Assembly (NCBI RefSeq): GCF_964188315.1
Contig: NC_135667.1
Location: 7,936,001-8,000,000 of the forward strand
Origin: Podarcis muralis
Lineage: Eukaryota
DNA: 64,000 nucleotides
Direction: 5' to 3'
Shown here: piece by piece, positions 1 to 12,200 of the stretch
Layout of the letters: each line of letters starts with the position of its first letter
Numbering within the stretch: position 1 is the first letter of the stretch
Program-made: the position numbers and the translations under genes
Notes under the pieces: model-generated
The model's database searches: none
The model's input: the letters and a program-made list of their open reading frames with translations, nothing else
What the model was told of the DNA's origin: nothing

Positions 1-377
1 AAGCACGTCCAATGGGCAGGGATTATATGGGCATTGTAAGCCAACTTCTAGATTGCATTGCATTGACTAACTCAACTCAACTCTAAGTATTTTTATGAGA
101 TGCTCCTCTGCTAGTTCTCCTGTGTGTATTCTCTCTCCTCCTATAATTTTAAGTTTCAAATATGTTTTCTTTTGTTTTTTAAAAGATTTTGGATCTGGGT
201 TTTAATATCTTGAACTTATCTTATTGAATGAACCCAACCAACCAACAAATGTGTGTATGTACACTTTCATGGATGCTCTGAAAGACCATGTGAATGATCA
301 AATGTCAACATTGAGCTTGGCTCTTAAAAATAATAATAAATCACCGGGATGAGCTGATTCCTGTCTCAATGGCTTGC

Positions 378-432
378 CTTCTTCTTTTCCAACAGCTGCT
401 TGGAGATGGCTTCTGTGTTCCACATGTTCCTT
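378..432 (-). CDS. SPATA31-like copy A, exon 2 (55 nt, KEHVEHRSHLQAAVGKEE); the next large exon is predicted beyond the left edge
   Basis: Acceptor tcctctcttcctag, donor AAG|GCAAGC (GC-type; the paralogue has GTAAGC). Phase 0 in, phase 1 out. Only two differences from copy B exon 2, both synonymous. Confidence 0.7.
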
Positions 433-504
433 CTAGGAAGAGAGGAGGCAGCGAAGTTATTCAAAGGGAAGAACAACCAATTGGAAATACCACCTTACTA
501 AACA

Positions 505-672
505 GGGTACTATGCCATCAGGCAGAATGAGGCATGTTCCAAGTTCCATCCCTGGTATCTCTAAATAGGACTGGGGAAAATCCCAGTCTGAATCCCTGGA
601 GAGCTGCCACTGGTCTGCTTTGACAGTTCTAAACTGGATGGACCAACAGTCTGGATTTGTATAAGGCTACTT
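505..672 (+). mobile_element. tRNA-derived squamate SINE in intron 1 of copy A (same insertion at about 21250-21410 in copy B; related copies at about 25790-25985 and 31180-31270)
   Basis: B-box-like gttccatccctgg, body ccctggagagctgccactggtc, 3' end ataaggctacttcct. Family assignment is by recollection only. Confidence 0.5.
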
Positions 673-1339
673 CCTGCATTCCTGTCTCCTGGTGGCCAAA
701 GCATGCAATACTGTCAGGTCATTTTTGACTCCTCCCATCTCACTTAGAAGTTCATTCAATGTCGAAGTTTGTGTCAATGCAAGACTCAAATGGCCCGTTA
801 AAATGCCATTTTCATTATGACCATGGCATCACATTGCTGCTTTCTGCCCATTGAAGGCCCCTAAAACATGGAACCCCATCCCCATGAATGCTCATTAAGT
901 AGTTTCTGTCATTCTCTCAGCCTTGCCTTTTGACAGTTAAGATGTGTGTGATTTCTGTGAGATCATCTGTATTGTCATATAATTGTTTTATTTTGGATTT
1001 TGATGTTATTTGATTATATGGCTGTGACCTGCTCTGGGAAGCTTTGTGCTGAAGGAAAAGTAGGAAATCTCTTGAATAAATTTGTAAGTACATATTGCTG
1101 TTGTAAGCTGAGAAAACCAAATGTGGTGGGGGTGAGTCAACTTGTCTGTACTCTCACATTATTGTTTTATTTTGGATTTTGATGCTATATGGCTGTAACC
1201 TGCCTTGGGAAGGTTTCTGCTGAAGGATGGGTAGGAGATCTCTTAAATAAATGAGGAAGTAAATATTGCTGTTGGGAACTGAAAACCCCCCCAATGTGAG
1301 TCAACTTCAGACATGAACAAAGGTGTCACTGAAACTCAC

Positions 1340-1594
1340 CATCGGTGTGCCGGTCTCAGAGCGGAACCGACTGCCCAGCTGTTGCTCCAAAAAGTGGGGA
1401 TTCTCAGTGATCTCAGGTTCCACTGAAAAGGACAAGATGCTTCTCCATGCTTGGCCAACTCTCTTGCACCACACAAAGGAGCCACATAGGATCATTTGGA
1501 AGAGGCTGATGAACAGAGCCAGGACTAGAGTAGTGTACAAGTTGAAGTAGCAGTCCAAAGGGGAAAAGCGATTGATAAGGGAAATCAGTCCCAT
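1340..1594 (-). CDS. SPATA31/FAM75-like gene, copy A, coding exon 1 (85 codons, N-terminal hydrophobic/TM segment)
   Basis: ATG at 1594 in strong context (AAGATGG) with an upstream in-frame TAA at 1666-1664. Encodes MGLISLINRFSPLDCYFNLYTTLVLALFISLFQMILCGSFVW...GTPM and ends at a canonical donor ATG|GTGAGT (phase 0). Paralogous to 22029-22283. Confidence 0.75.
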
Positions 1595-2207
1595 CTTTGT
1601 GAATGCAGTCTTTGCACCCAAGAGATGGTATGTATCCCCCAGGCAGTGGCAGTTAGCAGTGTTTTAAAGCAATGTTCCAAAGAACAACATAAAGAACCAA
1701 CAAAAGAACCTTGGGAACACCCTGGGTTCTCTCCAGTCATGGATGCCGCTGCCGCCTGCTTGGACTTAATTGCATTCCATCAGAGCAGTGGGCAAACAGG
1801 TTCCAGCAGTCTTATGATCAGTGCAAATTTGCCAGTCAAAATGCACACGTGATGATTCCATGTTGCCTCCCCTGCTTTTGCTATGAACCTGAAATTAGCA
1901 ATGAACCAGATCAAGCCAATACATTCAATTCTCGATGGAGCAGTCAAACTGAACACTGCATACGGCTTGGTGCTTGTGAGTTCAAATGGAATTCAGCCCA
2001 CCACAGGATCCTCTGTATGCTTCCTATATTCACATTCCCAGTGGATGGAATCTGATAGTCTGGCACAGAATTTACCACCCTATTAATCTCAGCTTTCATT
2101 TTCAAAGTTGTAGCTTTTCTGGATAGCAATAGAAGCTTTAAAATAATGGATGGGTGGTGGTAACCCACTGATAGCCCAAACCTAGTCTCTCCTTCCATGC
2201 TCTCTCC

Positions 2208-2420
2208 TCAGTGTGGTGTAGTGGTTAGAGTGTCAGACCAGGATTGAAATTCCAACTCACCTATGAAGCTCACTGGGTGACCTTGAGTTAATACTTGCCT
2301 CTCAGCCTAATCTGCCTCATATGGTTGCTGTGGGGATTAAATGAGGAGGGAGAAAACCATTTATGCCACTTTGATGCCCATGGGGAAGAAGGTGGGATGA
2401 AAATGCCATAAATAAAATAA
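2208..2420 (+). mobile_element. tRNA-derived SINE (Squam3-like)
   Basis: cagtgtggtgtagtggttagagtg A-box head, tgaagctcactgggtgaccttg...ctcagcctaa core, followed by an AT-rich tail. Confidence 0.65.
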
Positions 2421-2641
2421 TTAATTGATTAAATAAATAATAAATAAATAAAACCATTAGCCTCCAATAAACCTTGCATCAAAATGTTCATCTGGAGCCT
2501 TCCAAAGGGAAATAGGAGTGTGAAGATGGTTTCTTAGGGTTTCAGGAACCTGTGGTCCTCCAGATATTGTTGGACAACAGCTCCCATAATCTCTGGCCAT
2601 TGAATATGGTGGTTGCTGGGGCTGCTAGGAATTTGTAATTA

Positions 2642-2883
2642 CAGTGGTATCTCGGGTTACAAACACCTCAGGTTACAAACACTTTGGGTTACAGACTCCG
2701 CTAACCCGGAAGTAGTACCTTGGGTTAAGAACTTTACCTCAGGATGAGAACAGAAATTGCACGCCAGTGGCATGGTGGCAGCAGGAGGCCCCATTAGCTA
2801 AAGTGGTACCTCAGGTTACGAACGGTTACAGGTTAAGAACGGACCTCCGGAACGAATTAAGTTCATAACCAGAGGTACCACTG
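2642..2883. mobile_element. Tc1/mariner-pogo (Tigger-like) MITE
   Basis: TIRs CAGTGGTATCTCGG...AGAGGTACCACTG, flanked by TA on both sides. Same family at 40340, 52255 and 57004. Confidence 0.85.
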
Positions 2884-3014
2884 TATGACAGTTATTACCT
2901 GCGCTTGAAGCTTTCAGGTTAGTTTACAGAAACCAGTCAGCTTTGAATGTCCTGTATAGCTCTAGAGGTATTCCTAATTTACACACATATTTGTAGCCCT
3001 GTATCTGGTGCTGA

Positions 3015-3367
3015 GGGATGCGGGTGGCGCTGTGGGTTAAACCACAGAGCCTAGGACTTGCTGATCTGAAGGTCGGTGGTTCGAATCCCCGCAACGGAGT
3101 GAGCGCCCGTTGCTTGGTCCCTTCTCCTGCCAACCTAGCAGTTCGAACGCATGTCAAAGTGCAAGTAGATCAATAGGTACCACTCCGGGGAGAAGGTAAA
3201 CGGCGTTTCCGTGCGCTGCTCTGGTTCACCAGAAGCGGCTTAGTCATGCTGGCCACATGACCCGGAAGCTGTACGCCGGCTCCCTCGGCCAATAAAGTGA
3301 GATGAGCGCCGCAACCCCAGAGTCGGTCACGACTGGACCTAATGGTCAGGGGTCCCTTTACCTTTTT
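3015..3367 (+). mobile_element. Full-length Sauria SINE
   Basis: Head gggatgcgggtggcgctgtgg, B-box ggttcgaatccc, tail gtccctttaccttt. 13-bp TSD tatctggtgctga at 3002-3014 and 3368-3380. Confidence 0.92.
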
Positions 3368-4387
3368 TATCTGGTGCTGAACTTGTACTTCCTCAACCAA
3401 TAAGTGAGCTGAAACACAGATGTCCTTTGAAATCCACCCTTTTCTGATTTTTGTGATGCTTTTCTTCAAACCCAAAAGTTTACACTTAAAGTTGGGGAAA
3501 TGGCATACTAAGAAAACACAAAATTTACAGATTCAGCTCTCTCTACTGCAGAGCTGTTCATATTACATGACAAGATTCTAGAGCCCAGCAATGTCAGATT
3601 CCAGGCCCACATTCAGCCTGAGTCAGCTGTGTATAGACTTCCATGGGATTGGGATCTCTAAGAATCTATACTGGGACTGCTGCTTTTTCACTTATTCATA
3701 AATGTCCTGGAGTTAGCAGTGAACAGTGAGGTGGCCAGTTTTGTGTATCATGCCAAATTATTTAGGGTTATAAGCAAATCAAAAGGATCTCCCCCAACTG
3801 GATGGTGGTGAAAGGCACTAGCAGAGGCTAGTGTCTTTAAGAAATATGGTTTATGTTACACACATTCCATGGAGGGAGTGCAGAACATTATGCTTCAAAA
3901 GTGTCTCTCATTGCTCCTTTCAAGGTTGTGTTGAGAGTAGCAGTCAGTCATGGATTCTGGTCTCTCAGCGCAACCTCCTCCAACCAGAACTGCACGGAAT
4001 TCTGCCTACTTCCTCCTTTTTGTTCCCAGAACACCTTTAGATTTCAAAAGGGCAAGTTTTCCTTTGACATCACGCACCCCCCACCATCTTGGCAACCTGC
4101 CAATTCTTCTGTCTCTTTCCACTGCTTGTGGCGGTGGGGGGGGGGGAGTGCTTTTGCATTGCTAATGACTCTTAATGACTCAGTACTTGGATCTCCATTG
4201 TTCCTTTATGTCTCTGCATTTAGCCAGGCCACTTTGCATAAACTAATCCAGGAATTTCTTGTCTGGCACAATTCTGCAGCTTGTATTTTCCCTTCATATC
4301 CTAAATACCATCTTAATACTACTTTTTATTAATTTCTACCATTCTCTAGCAGACTCTGGTACCCTAGATCTATGGCAGTATTATCTA

Positions 4388-4745
4388 AGGTAAGGTAAAG
4401 GTACCCCTGCCCATACGGGCCAGTCTTGACAGAATCTAGGGTTGTGCGCCCATCTCACTCTATAGGCCGGGGGCCAGCGCTGTCCGCAGACACTTCCGGG
4501 TCACATAGCCAGCGTGACAGCTGCATCTGGTGAGCCAGCGCAGCACACGGAACGCCGTTTACCTTCCCGCCAGTAAGCGGTCCCTATTTATCTACTTGCA
4601 CCCGGGGGTGCTTTCGAACTGCTAGGTTGGCAGGCGCTGGGACCGAGCGACAGGAGCGCACCCCGCCGCGGGGATTTGAACCGCCGACCTTTCGATCGGC
4701 AAGTCCTAGGCGCTGAGGCTTTTACCCACAGCGCCACCCGCGTCC
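4388..4745 (-). mobile_element. Full-length Sauria SINE (different subfamily)
   Basis: Reverse-strand head ggacgcgggtggcgctgtggg and (acctt)n tail. 15-bp TSD tggcagtattatcta at 4373-4387 and 4746-4760. Confidence 0.92.
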
Positions 4746-5948
4746 TGGCAGTATTATCTATCCTCAAACAAAATGGGCTACAATTTAAATTTCATGCAAA
4801 GGAACAGTACTAAGATCCCAAACACCAAGAGATCTTTAAGTTTAATAAGCTATACATGAATTGCACAAACTACACCTGATTGAAAAGTATGTTCCAGAGT
4901 GGCTTCAAGGACTTTTGGATCATCTGTCAATTTTACCACTATTCATGAACTCAAATGACTTCTTGTGCATTATTTCCATGGGTCACAGAACACTAGTTGA
5001 GCCAAACCAGCACATCGTGGTTATTTCTGTGTGTCCCCCACCCCCTGCTAAGAAAAAGCATAGATGAAACCTACCCCTGAGCACATTGTGATCTTAATAG
5101 GGATTTAAGACAAGAGATAACATTTTCTTTTTTAGCTTGAGGGCCTAGTGGGCAATCTTCTGGGGTCCACATGCCTGTGGTGGGTAGGACAATGGATACA
5201 ACTCTTATATTTGTACAATAGGCTGCAATCATACAAGTCTCATAAAAGCCAGGGGTACCTCTCTCCATCCAGCCTACAAAGAGGTATCAGTACAGTTCAA
5301 TGGCACATTCCAACCAGGCAATGAACAAATGAACAAAAACCAGCTAAGAAGGTGAAGTAGGACCAGGGATTTGTGTGGCCATTTGTGTGGCCTGTGAAGA
5401 TTCCCAAGGGCCAGATCACCTCTCAATGGGTTTGTGCCACTAATAACTCTGCACCAGAGTACTAATAACTTCTTGTGAACCAATGAAGGTGAACACCAGG
5501 ACCAGCAGGCACATGGGCCAGCCCCAGTAGAAGATGGGTGACCACCCAGCTTAGACTTGAATGGAGTGAATATGCAGTTGCTCCCCTAGAGCTGCCTACA
5601 GTAGTTACCTTACAGTAGAGTGGTCATCTAAGGCAGGATTGGGGAACCTTTTTCATCACAATGGCTACATTCCCTTCTGGGGGACTATTAGTATTTGTAC
5701 TGTATTTGTTAGAAAATGTATTTTACAAAGAATAAATTGTACTGGGGAAAAGAAAACCAGACAAAAACACTTAAGGGGTGTGTGAAGCAGGGCCGGTGAG
5801 GGGCATGTGTGTGACCTGGTGAGGGTTGCAAGTGCCAGATAGAGGGTCTTAGCAGACTGCATTTGTCTCCATTCCCCACCCATCTTCTAAGGTGGCTATT
5901 ATATTTAAGTGCTGCAAACCCCCCAACACAGTGCTGCTAACATAGAGA

Positions 5949-5954
5949 TTTATT
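5949..5954 (-). terminator. Candidate polyadenylation signal (AATAAA) of the giant SPATA31-like gene
   Basis: tttatt on + strand, about 310 nt downstream of the TGA stop at 6264-6262. Confidence 0.5.
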
Positions 5955-6261
5955 GACAAAAACGTATTACATTACAAAACAATTTAAGAATGCTTCATAC
6001 ACGGTAAAAAAAGGTAAGTGATAGGTTTGCTGAGCCTTCAGCATCTAGACAACCATCAGTGGAAGGTGGAGCCTTGTGCTCTTTTCCCATCACCACCATT
6101 TGATATTCATGGTGCTGCGTTTTAAAAAATCCTTGTCATCAAGGTATCCTACACACTCCACCAGAGCAGCTTATCATTTTCTCTTGGCCTCTTTGTCAAG
6201 GGGACTAGATCTTGCACGTTGCTGATGCTCAGTTTTCAATCCTTAGTGCACACCTTGCCAC

Positions 6262-9200
6262 TCACTCAACTGCTGCTCCATCTTTGCTGCTTGTCCCGGT
6301 GCTTTCTGGACTTTTTAAATTTCTGCTTGACCTGCTGCTTGAACTCGGGTCCTTGCTGCTTGACCTGTTTCTTGACCGGCTGCTCAATCTCGGATTTCTA
6401 CTGCTTGAACTTGGGTCCTTGCTTCTTCCCCGGCTTCTTGACCTGCTGCTTGAATTTCGGCCCTTGCTGCTTCCCCGGCTTCTTGACCAGCTGCTGAATC
6501 TTACATTTCTGCTACTTGCCCTGCTCCTTGTCCGGCTGCTTGATCTTGGTTCCCTACTGCTTGACCTGCTTCTCGATCCACTGCTTGATTTTTTATCCCT
6601 GCTGCTTGCTCTGAGCTTTGACATTATGCTCTGCTTCCAGCTCCTGAAACTTATTCTCCCTTTTCTGGGTTTAGATTCATGATCCCATCGGACTGATCCC
6701 CTTTCTTTTTTCTCAGGGAGCCTTGTTTCACCAGCACCCCCACTCTGCTTCCTCTTGTACAACACGCTTTGAGTCATCTTCCTTTCACTTTTCTTCCTAA
6801 ATTTGGACTGGGCCAAATCCTTTCTCTCTCTCTGACTTTCTCCAGGGTGGTTTCCCATGCCGCTTGTTGCATGGCCAATGCCGGCGCCTCGTTTCTTTGA
6901 CTTCCCTTCTGAAATGACCCCCGGCCTTTCAGTATTCTGCATCCAGATATTCATCCCATCCCTCAGATGCATTTTTCTCTCCAGGATTTTACCAAGTATA
7001 GACAGTTTCCCATCTGTTTTCACAGTGTGTTTTGAAGATATGCCACCTACAGAGTGAGGGTGGGAGCCTTTTTGCACCGGCTGCTTGTCCATCCCATGTT
7101 CTAACCTGGGGGCCTCTTCCCCTCTTGTTGTCTTAGCTACCTGTTTGCTTTCATGTTTGGTTGATAACTCTTTTTCTCCAATAGTTTCTTTATGGGATGC
7201 CTTTCCTCTCCCACCCAAAATTTCTTCACCATTTCTGTCTCTTACTTCTCCCTCTCCATCTCTTATTTCTCCTTCTCCATCTCTTACTTCTCCTTCTCCT
7301 TCTCTTACTTCTCCTTCTCCTTCTCTTACTTCTCCTTCTCCATCTCTTACTTCTCCTTCTCTTACTTCTCCTTCTCCATCTCTTACTTCTCCTTCTCTTT
7401 CACCTCCTCCATCTCTTACTTCTTCTGCTTCTCCTCTTTCTTCCTCCTCATCCTTCCTCCCAGCTCCTTGGTGTTCCCCACCTCCAGGATCTATTGTGGA
7501 TGCTTCTCCACCAGCCTTTCCTTCTCCTTCCCTGTCATCCCCCAAGATCTCTGTCTGTTCAAAATCACGATTTTCCTCCCAGAAGGCCACTCTTTTGTGG
7601 GATACAGAGAGTGGCCTGGAGAGATCCAGAGCTTCAGTCATTTCATCTGCAACTGACTGAGGTGCACGGAGGTGTTCAAATTGTTCAGAAACTGCTTGCC
7701 TTGCCACATCAAACACCTTTGTTTTGCTTAGGCTGGCCCTTTCATCTGAGGTCTCTGAGGAAGGCACAACATCCTCTGGAGAAACTTGGGGTGCTCCTGC
7801 TGTCAGAGAATCTGCATATCTCAGGCTTCTGGGCTCTACCATGGGCATCTCCTCTGCATCTTCACTACTGACTCCTTCCTCCTTTCTCACACACGAGCTC
7901 TCCTTGCCTATTTCTTCGCCACCATCCCAGTCTCCGACTCTCTCCAGTTCACATTCTGTGCTGTACTCAGAAGATGAATAGGCACCACCTTCCTCCCTTT
8001 CTTTCCCCATATTATCACTTGTCTGTAGCAGGGAACCATCTGTGGGCTGCATTTGGAATTCAACTTCTGTGTTTGCAGAATCTTGATTTTGAGATAAAGG
8101 TGACACCTGCTGGTTGGATTGTTCTTGATCTTGGGAGTCTTCACTTGAGGTCTCCCTATTCTCAGAGACTTGGATACCTTGGTGCTCCATGGGGTCCTCA
8201 CTTTTGGGGGTGGGTGGGGGAGGTTTCAGGTTACAGCAAGGGGATTCAGAGGACCACCCTTTTAGCTGTCCGGGTGCTTGGCCCCCTTTGTCACTGCTGG
8301 TGGCTGTATCTTCAATAATTTGGTTGGTTATTTGCTTCCTTTCCTCACTGTCACAGCTTTGTTTGTCCCATTCTGCCTGGTGCTGTTGATCTGCCTGGCT
8401 ATAATGCACAGGGTCCACCACATGCTCATGGAAACATTGAGAGTCAAGGGTATGGGGTGGCGGTGTGGTGGGATCCAAGGCTTGCTGGGAGACAAGAGTG
8501 TTGTACTGTTGAGTGTCATCTGCCTTCAAAGGCCCAAAATATGCCTGGGAAAATTCATGTTCTGAGAGTGAAGCATCCTTCATACATTCACCTAAGGATG
8601 AACCAGAGACTTGGGATTCAATATTATGTGATATCTGAGAAGTGGCATCTGCCTCTGCCTCTTGTGAGAGGGAAGGATCTTTATTATCTCCTGAGGATGA
8701 AGAATGGATCTGGAGTTCGGTATTCAATGATGGCTGAGAAGAGGAGTCAGCCTTGCCTTCCTTTGAGAGGGAAGTATTCTTATCTCTGTCTCCTGAGGAT
8801 GAATCAGAGTCCTGGCATTCAATATTAGCTGATGTCTGAACAGAAAAATCCACCTCGGCTTCCTTTGAAATGGAAGAATCTTTTCTACTTTCTCCTGGGA
8901 ATGAAACAGAGTCCTGGGGCCCATTATTCTCTGATATCTGAGAAAAGGACCCTGCCTCTGTCTCCTTTCCATTTTCCTGGGAATTTTCTTGCTGCTCTTG
9001 CCTCCACCTTTGCTCTGCAACTAATTGTAATGATGAAGCTGAGCCTTTTGTGGATGTTGATGAATGACATGAGCAGGGACAGTTGAATATCTCACAAGAC
9101 TCCTCTGCCTTGCCAGGAATTTGTGGATACTGTGCAGCATGATGTAGATTCAGTGTAACTATCTGCAGTGCACTCACTTGCGGTGCTTCTCTTTCACCCT

Positions 9201-12200
9201 CTGAGCTGCTGCTTGTCCCTTGGATTACTGTGAAATGCTGAACTTTTGTAAGAGGATAGAGAGATCCACTATCCTTTTCGGCATCTGGCCAGGAAACCAT
9301 CCTATGCTGTATTTTCCAAAACAGCTCTGAGCTGTATGTGGGTTGATCTTCTGACCCTGAGCTGGCTTCCTTTTCTGCTCCTGTTTGAAAAGGAGTGTTT
9401 GGCACTTGGAGGGTCTGAGCACCAGAATAAGTCAAAGGCTCCTCCTTCTCCATTTCATCAGCTTCTGGGATAAAGTCCCTTGTTGACTTCTGAGCCAGGT
9501 TAGGGAGGTGCCACTGGTGCTCTATGTTGAGGTTCTTGGTGTGTTTTTCCAGGTGTTCTTTTGATCTTGAGTGTAAGAAATGTGAGTGCTGGGAAGAAAC
9601 AGGAACCTCTGTTGTCGTAGGCCATTCCTTGGCACCAGCTCTCCATTCATCAATAAAGTTATTTTGTCTCCTTCCAGCAGTGCTCACTCCCACTGAAGTT
9701 TGGGGGCTCTCCTGTGGCTCCAAGGGGGGTGGAGCAAATGCACGCACCGATTTCTGAATAATGGCTGGCAAGCCCCACTGATGCTGGATCTTCTTGTGCT
9801 GGATGTGGACTTCCAGAACATCTTGAGCACCATCAGCGAGGAAAGGCAACTCTGCCACACAGTCTATAAAATGGGTAATAGATGAGGTTCTTGCCAGAAG
9901 TCTCTCCTCCTCATTCTCCCCCAGAAGTTGGGTGTGAGAGTCTTGATAAAATGTAGAGTTGTGGGGATGAGTTTGAGGCCTGATTTCCTCAAACTGATGT
10001 GACACAGGAGGTAGAAATGCTCTAAGCATATTTTGAGCATGTTTTGGAAGCCCCCATCTATGCTTTGCAGTCATGCTCCTAACATGAGCATCTAGACACT
10101 CTGTTGTGTCTGGACTGAGGAATGAGAGAGTCGGAGTAATAATGTATACTTCCCCTCTGTCCCATGAAACTCCGTTGGCTATATTCTCTCCTTCCATGTA
10201 TGGTGGGTGCTTCTCTGATTCAATGAGAAATGGAGCAAAAGCATGCAGGGATTTCAACACAGAGGAAGGTAAGCCCCATGCATGATGGAGTTTCTTGTGC
10301 TGAATGTGTGATTCCAGAAGGTTCTGGGCCTCATCCGTGAGGAAAGGAAGAGTCACCTCAGGCAATAAGAAAGTAGTCGCTTGAGCCAATACAGGTGTAG
10401 CTGCTGCCTTTTGAACATAATTGAGCTTCCTCTCCAGTTTCTCTACTGCCATTTTTCTTACCTTGGCATCTTCTAGAAAGTCTTCCTTGTCATCTTCTGA
10501 ATGGGAATCAGCTTCAGGCTCTTGGGAGAATTTGCGATGAAAAGGTGTTAGAGACCTTGCTTCACCCAACTCAGATTGGGAAAATGCTCTGGGATTCCGA
10601 AATGCCCTCAGTGATTGTGAAACCTGTTCTGGAAGGTGCCACCTATGGTGTGTAGTCATACGCCTCACATGGGCATCCAGGTTCTCCTGTAACTCTTGGC
10701 TGAGGAACGTGAGACTCCTTGAAATAATATTGGCTTCTTCTTTCTCCCATGGGTATCTCATGGTCATGCTTTGCCTGTGTTTCTCTGTCTCAAGATGAAA
10801 TGGAGCAAAGGCATGCAAGGACTTCAGCACATTGGAGGGTAGGCCCCAAACATGGTGGAGTTTCTTGCGCAGGATGTGAAATTCAAGAAATTCCCAGGTC
10901 TCATTGGTTAAGAAACCAAGTTTCACTCCAGGCCACAAGAAAGCAGTTACATTCAAGTTCATAGTTGAGTCTGCTCCCTGTTTCAATTGGTTGAAGACCT
11001 CCATATTCCTTATTGTCCTTCTTTTGACCATGGAGTCTTTCATGTCTTCATTGTCACCTTCTGTTTCAGAGTAATCTCTAGCCACCTGGGAGGATTTGTA
11101 GTGAGAAGGAGAAAAATCCTGTGCATTCTCCAATTCCAATCCTAAAGCATGTCTGGGATGTAGAAATACTCCCAGTGATTGCTGAACCCGCATTGGAAGG
11201 CCCCATCTGTGCTTAGCCACCCTCCTCCTCTCATGAGCTTCCAGGCGATCTTTTGTGTCTGGACTTGGGAAGAAGGGATCCCAGACAATCTCTTTCACTT
11301 CTACCTTATCCCCTTGGCGTGCCTTAGTCATTCTCTTGCCTAAGCTTTCCACATGCGTCTGAGACCCATGGAGAAATGGGGCAAAGGCATGCATGGACTT
11401 CAGCACAGAGGAGGGTAGCCCCCATGTGTGCTGGAGTTTCTTCTGTCGGATATGGAATTCCAGAAGATCTTGCGCTTCATCTGTGAGGAAAGCAAGCTTT
11501 GCCCCAGGCCATAAGAAAGTAGTTTCTTCAAAGTTCACAGTTGTGGTTGCTCCCTGCTTTCCTTGTGGAAAGCCCCATCCTTTCTCTCCTGTTCTTCTGT
11601 TGCCCATTTCCTCCTCCACCAAGTCTTCCTTGTCCTCTTCTGAATGGGAATCAGCTTCAGGCTCTTGGGGAAATTTGCCATGAAAAGGTGTTAGAGACCT
11701 TGCTTCACCCAACTCACATTGGGGAAAGGGTCTGAGATGCCGAAATGCCCTCAGTGATTGTGAAACCTGTTCTGGAAGTTGCCACCTATGGTGTGTAGTC
11801 ATACGCCTCACATGGGCATCCAGGTTCTCCTGTAAGTCTTGGCTGAGGAACGTGAGACTCCTTGAAATAATATGGGCTTCTTCTTTCTCCCATGGGTATC
11901 TCATGGTCATGCTTTGCTTGTGTTTCTCTGTCTCAAGGTGAAATGGAGCAAAGCCATGCAAGGACTTCAGCACATTGGAGGGTAGGCCCCAAGCATGGTG
12001 GAGTTTCTTGCGCAGGATGTGAAATTCAAGAAATTCCCAGGTCTCATTGGTTAAGAAACCAAGTTTGACTCCAGGCCACAGGAAAGCAGTTACATTCAAG
12101 TTCATAGATGAGTCTGCTCCCTGTTTCAATTGGTTGAAGACCTCTATTTTCTCTGTTGTCCTTCTCTTGACTTTGAATTCTTTCATTTCTTCATTGTCAC

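Larger units (their letters stand above)
1..1757. repeat. Segmental duplication: 1-1757 is paralogous to about 20742-22457 (offset about 20.7 kb); homology continues off the left edge
   Basis: Colinear matches seen by eye throughout, e.g. ccaacttctagattgcatt, gttggaaacacc/ataccacc, gaaactcaccatcggtgtgcc, gaaccttgggaacaccctggg. Confidence 0.9.

Noticed and set aside
3853-4332. 159-aa + strand ORF
   Set aside because: No recognisable motif, splice context or paralogue; likely a chance ORF.
7238-7424. CRISPR-like or other spacer-containing arrays (also the 21676-21855 tandem)
   Set aside because: Eukaryotic DNA; the repeats are contiguous with no unique spacers.
6212-7871. Several long + strand ORFs (Leu-rich 6212-6682, Ser/Pro-rich 7085-7660, YFSFS repeat 7192-7656, poly-Leu 7197-7871)
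   Set aside because: Antisense shadows of the purine-rich low-complexity repeats in the giant minus-strand ORF; no independent gene signals.
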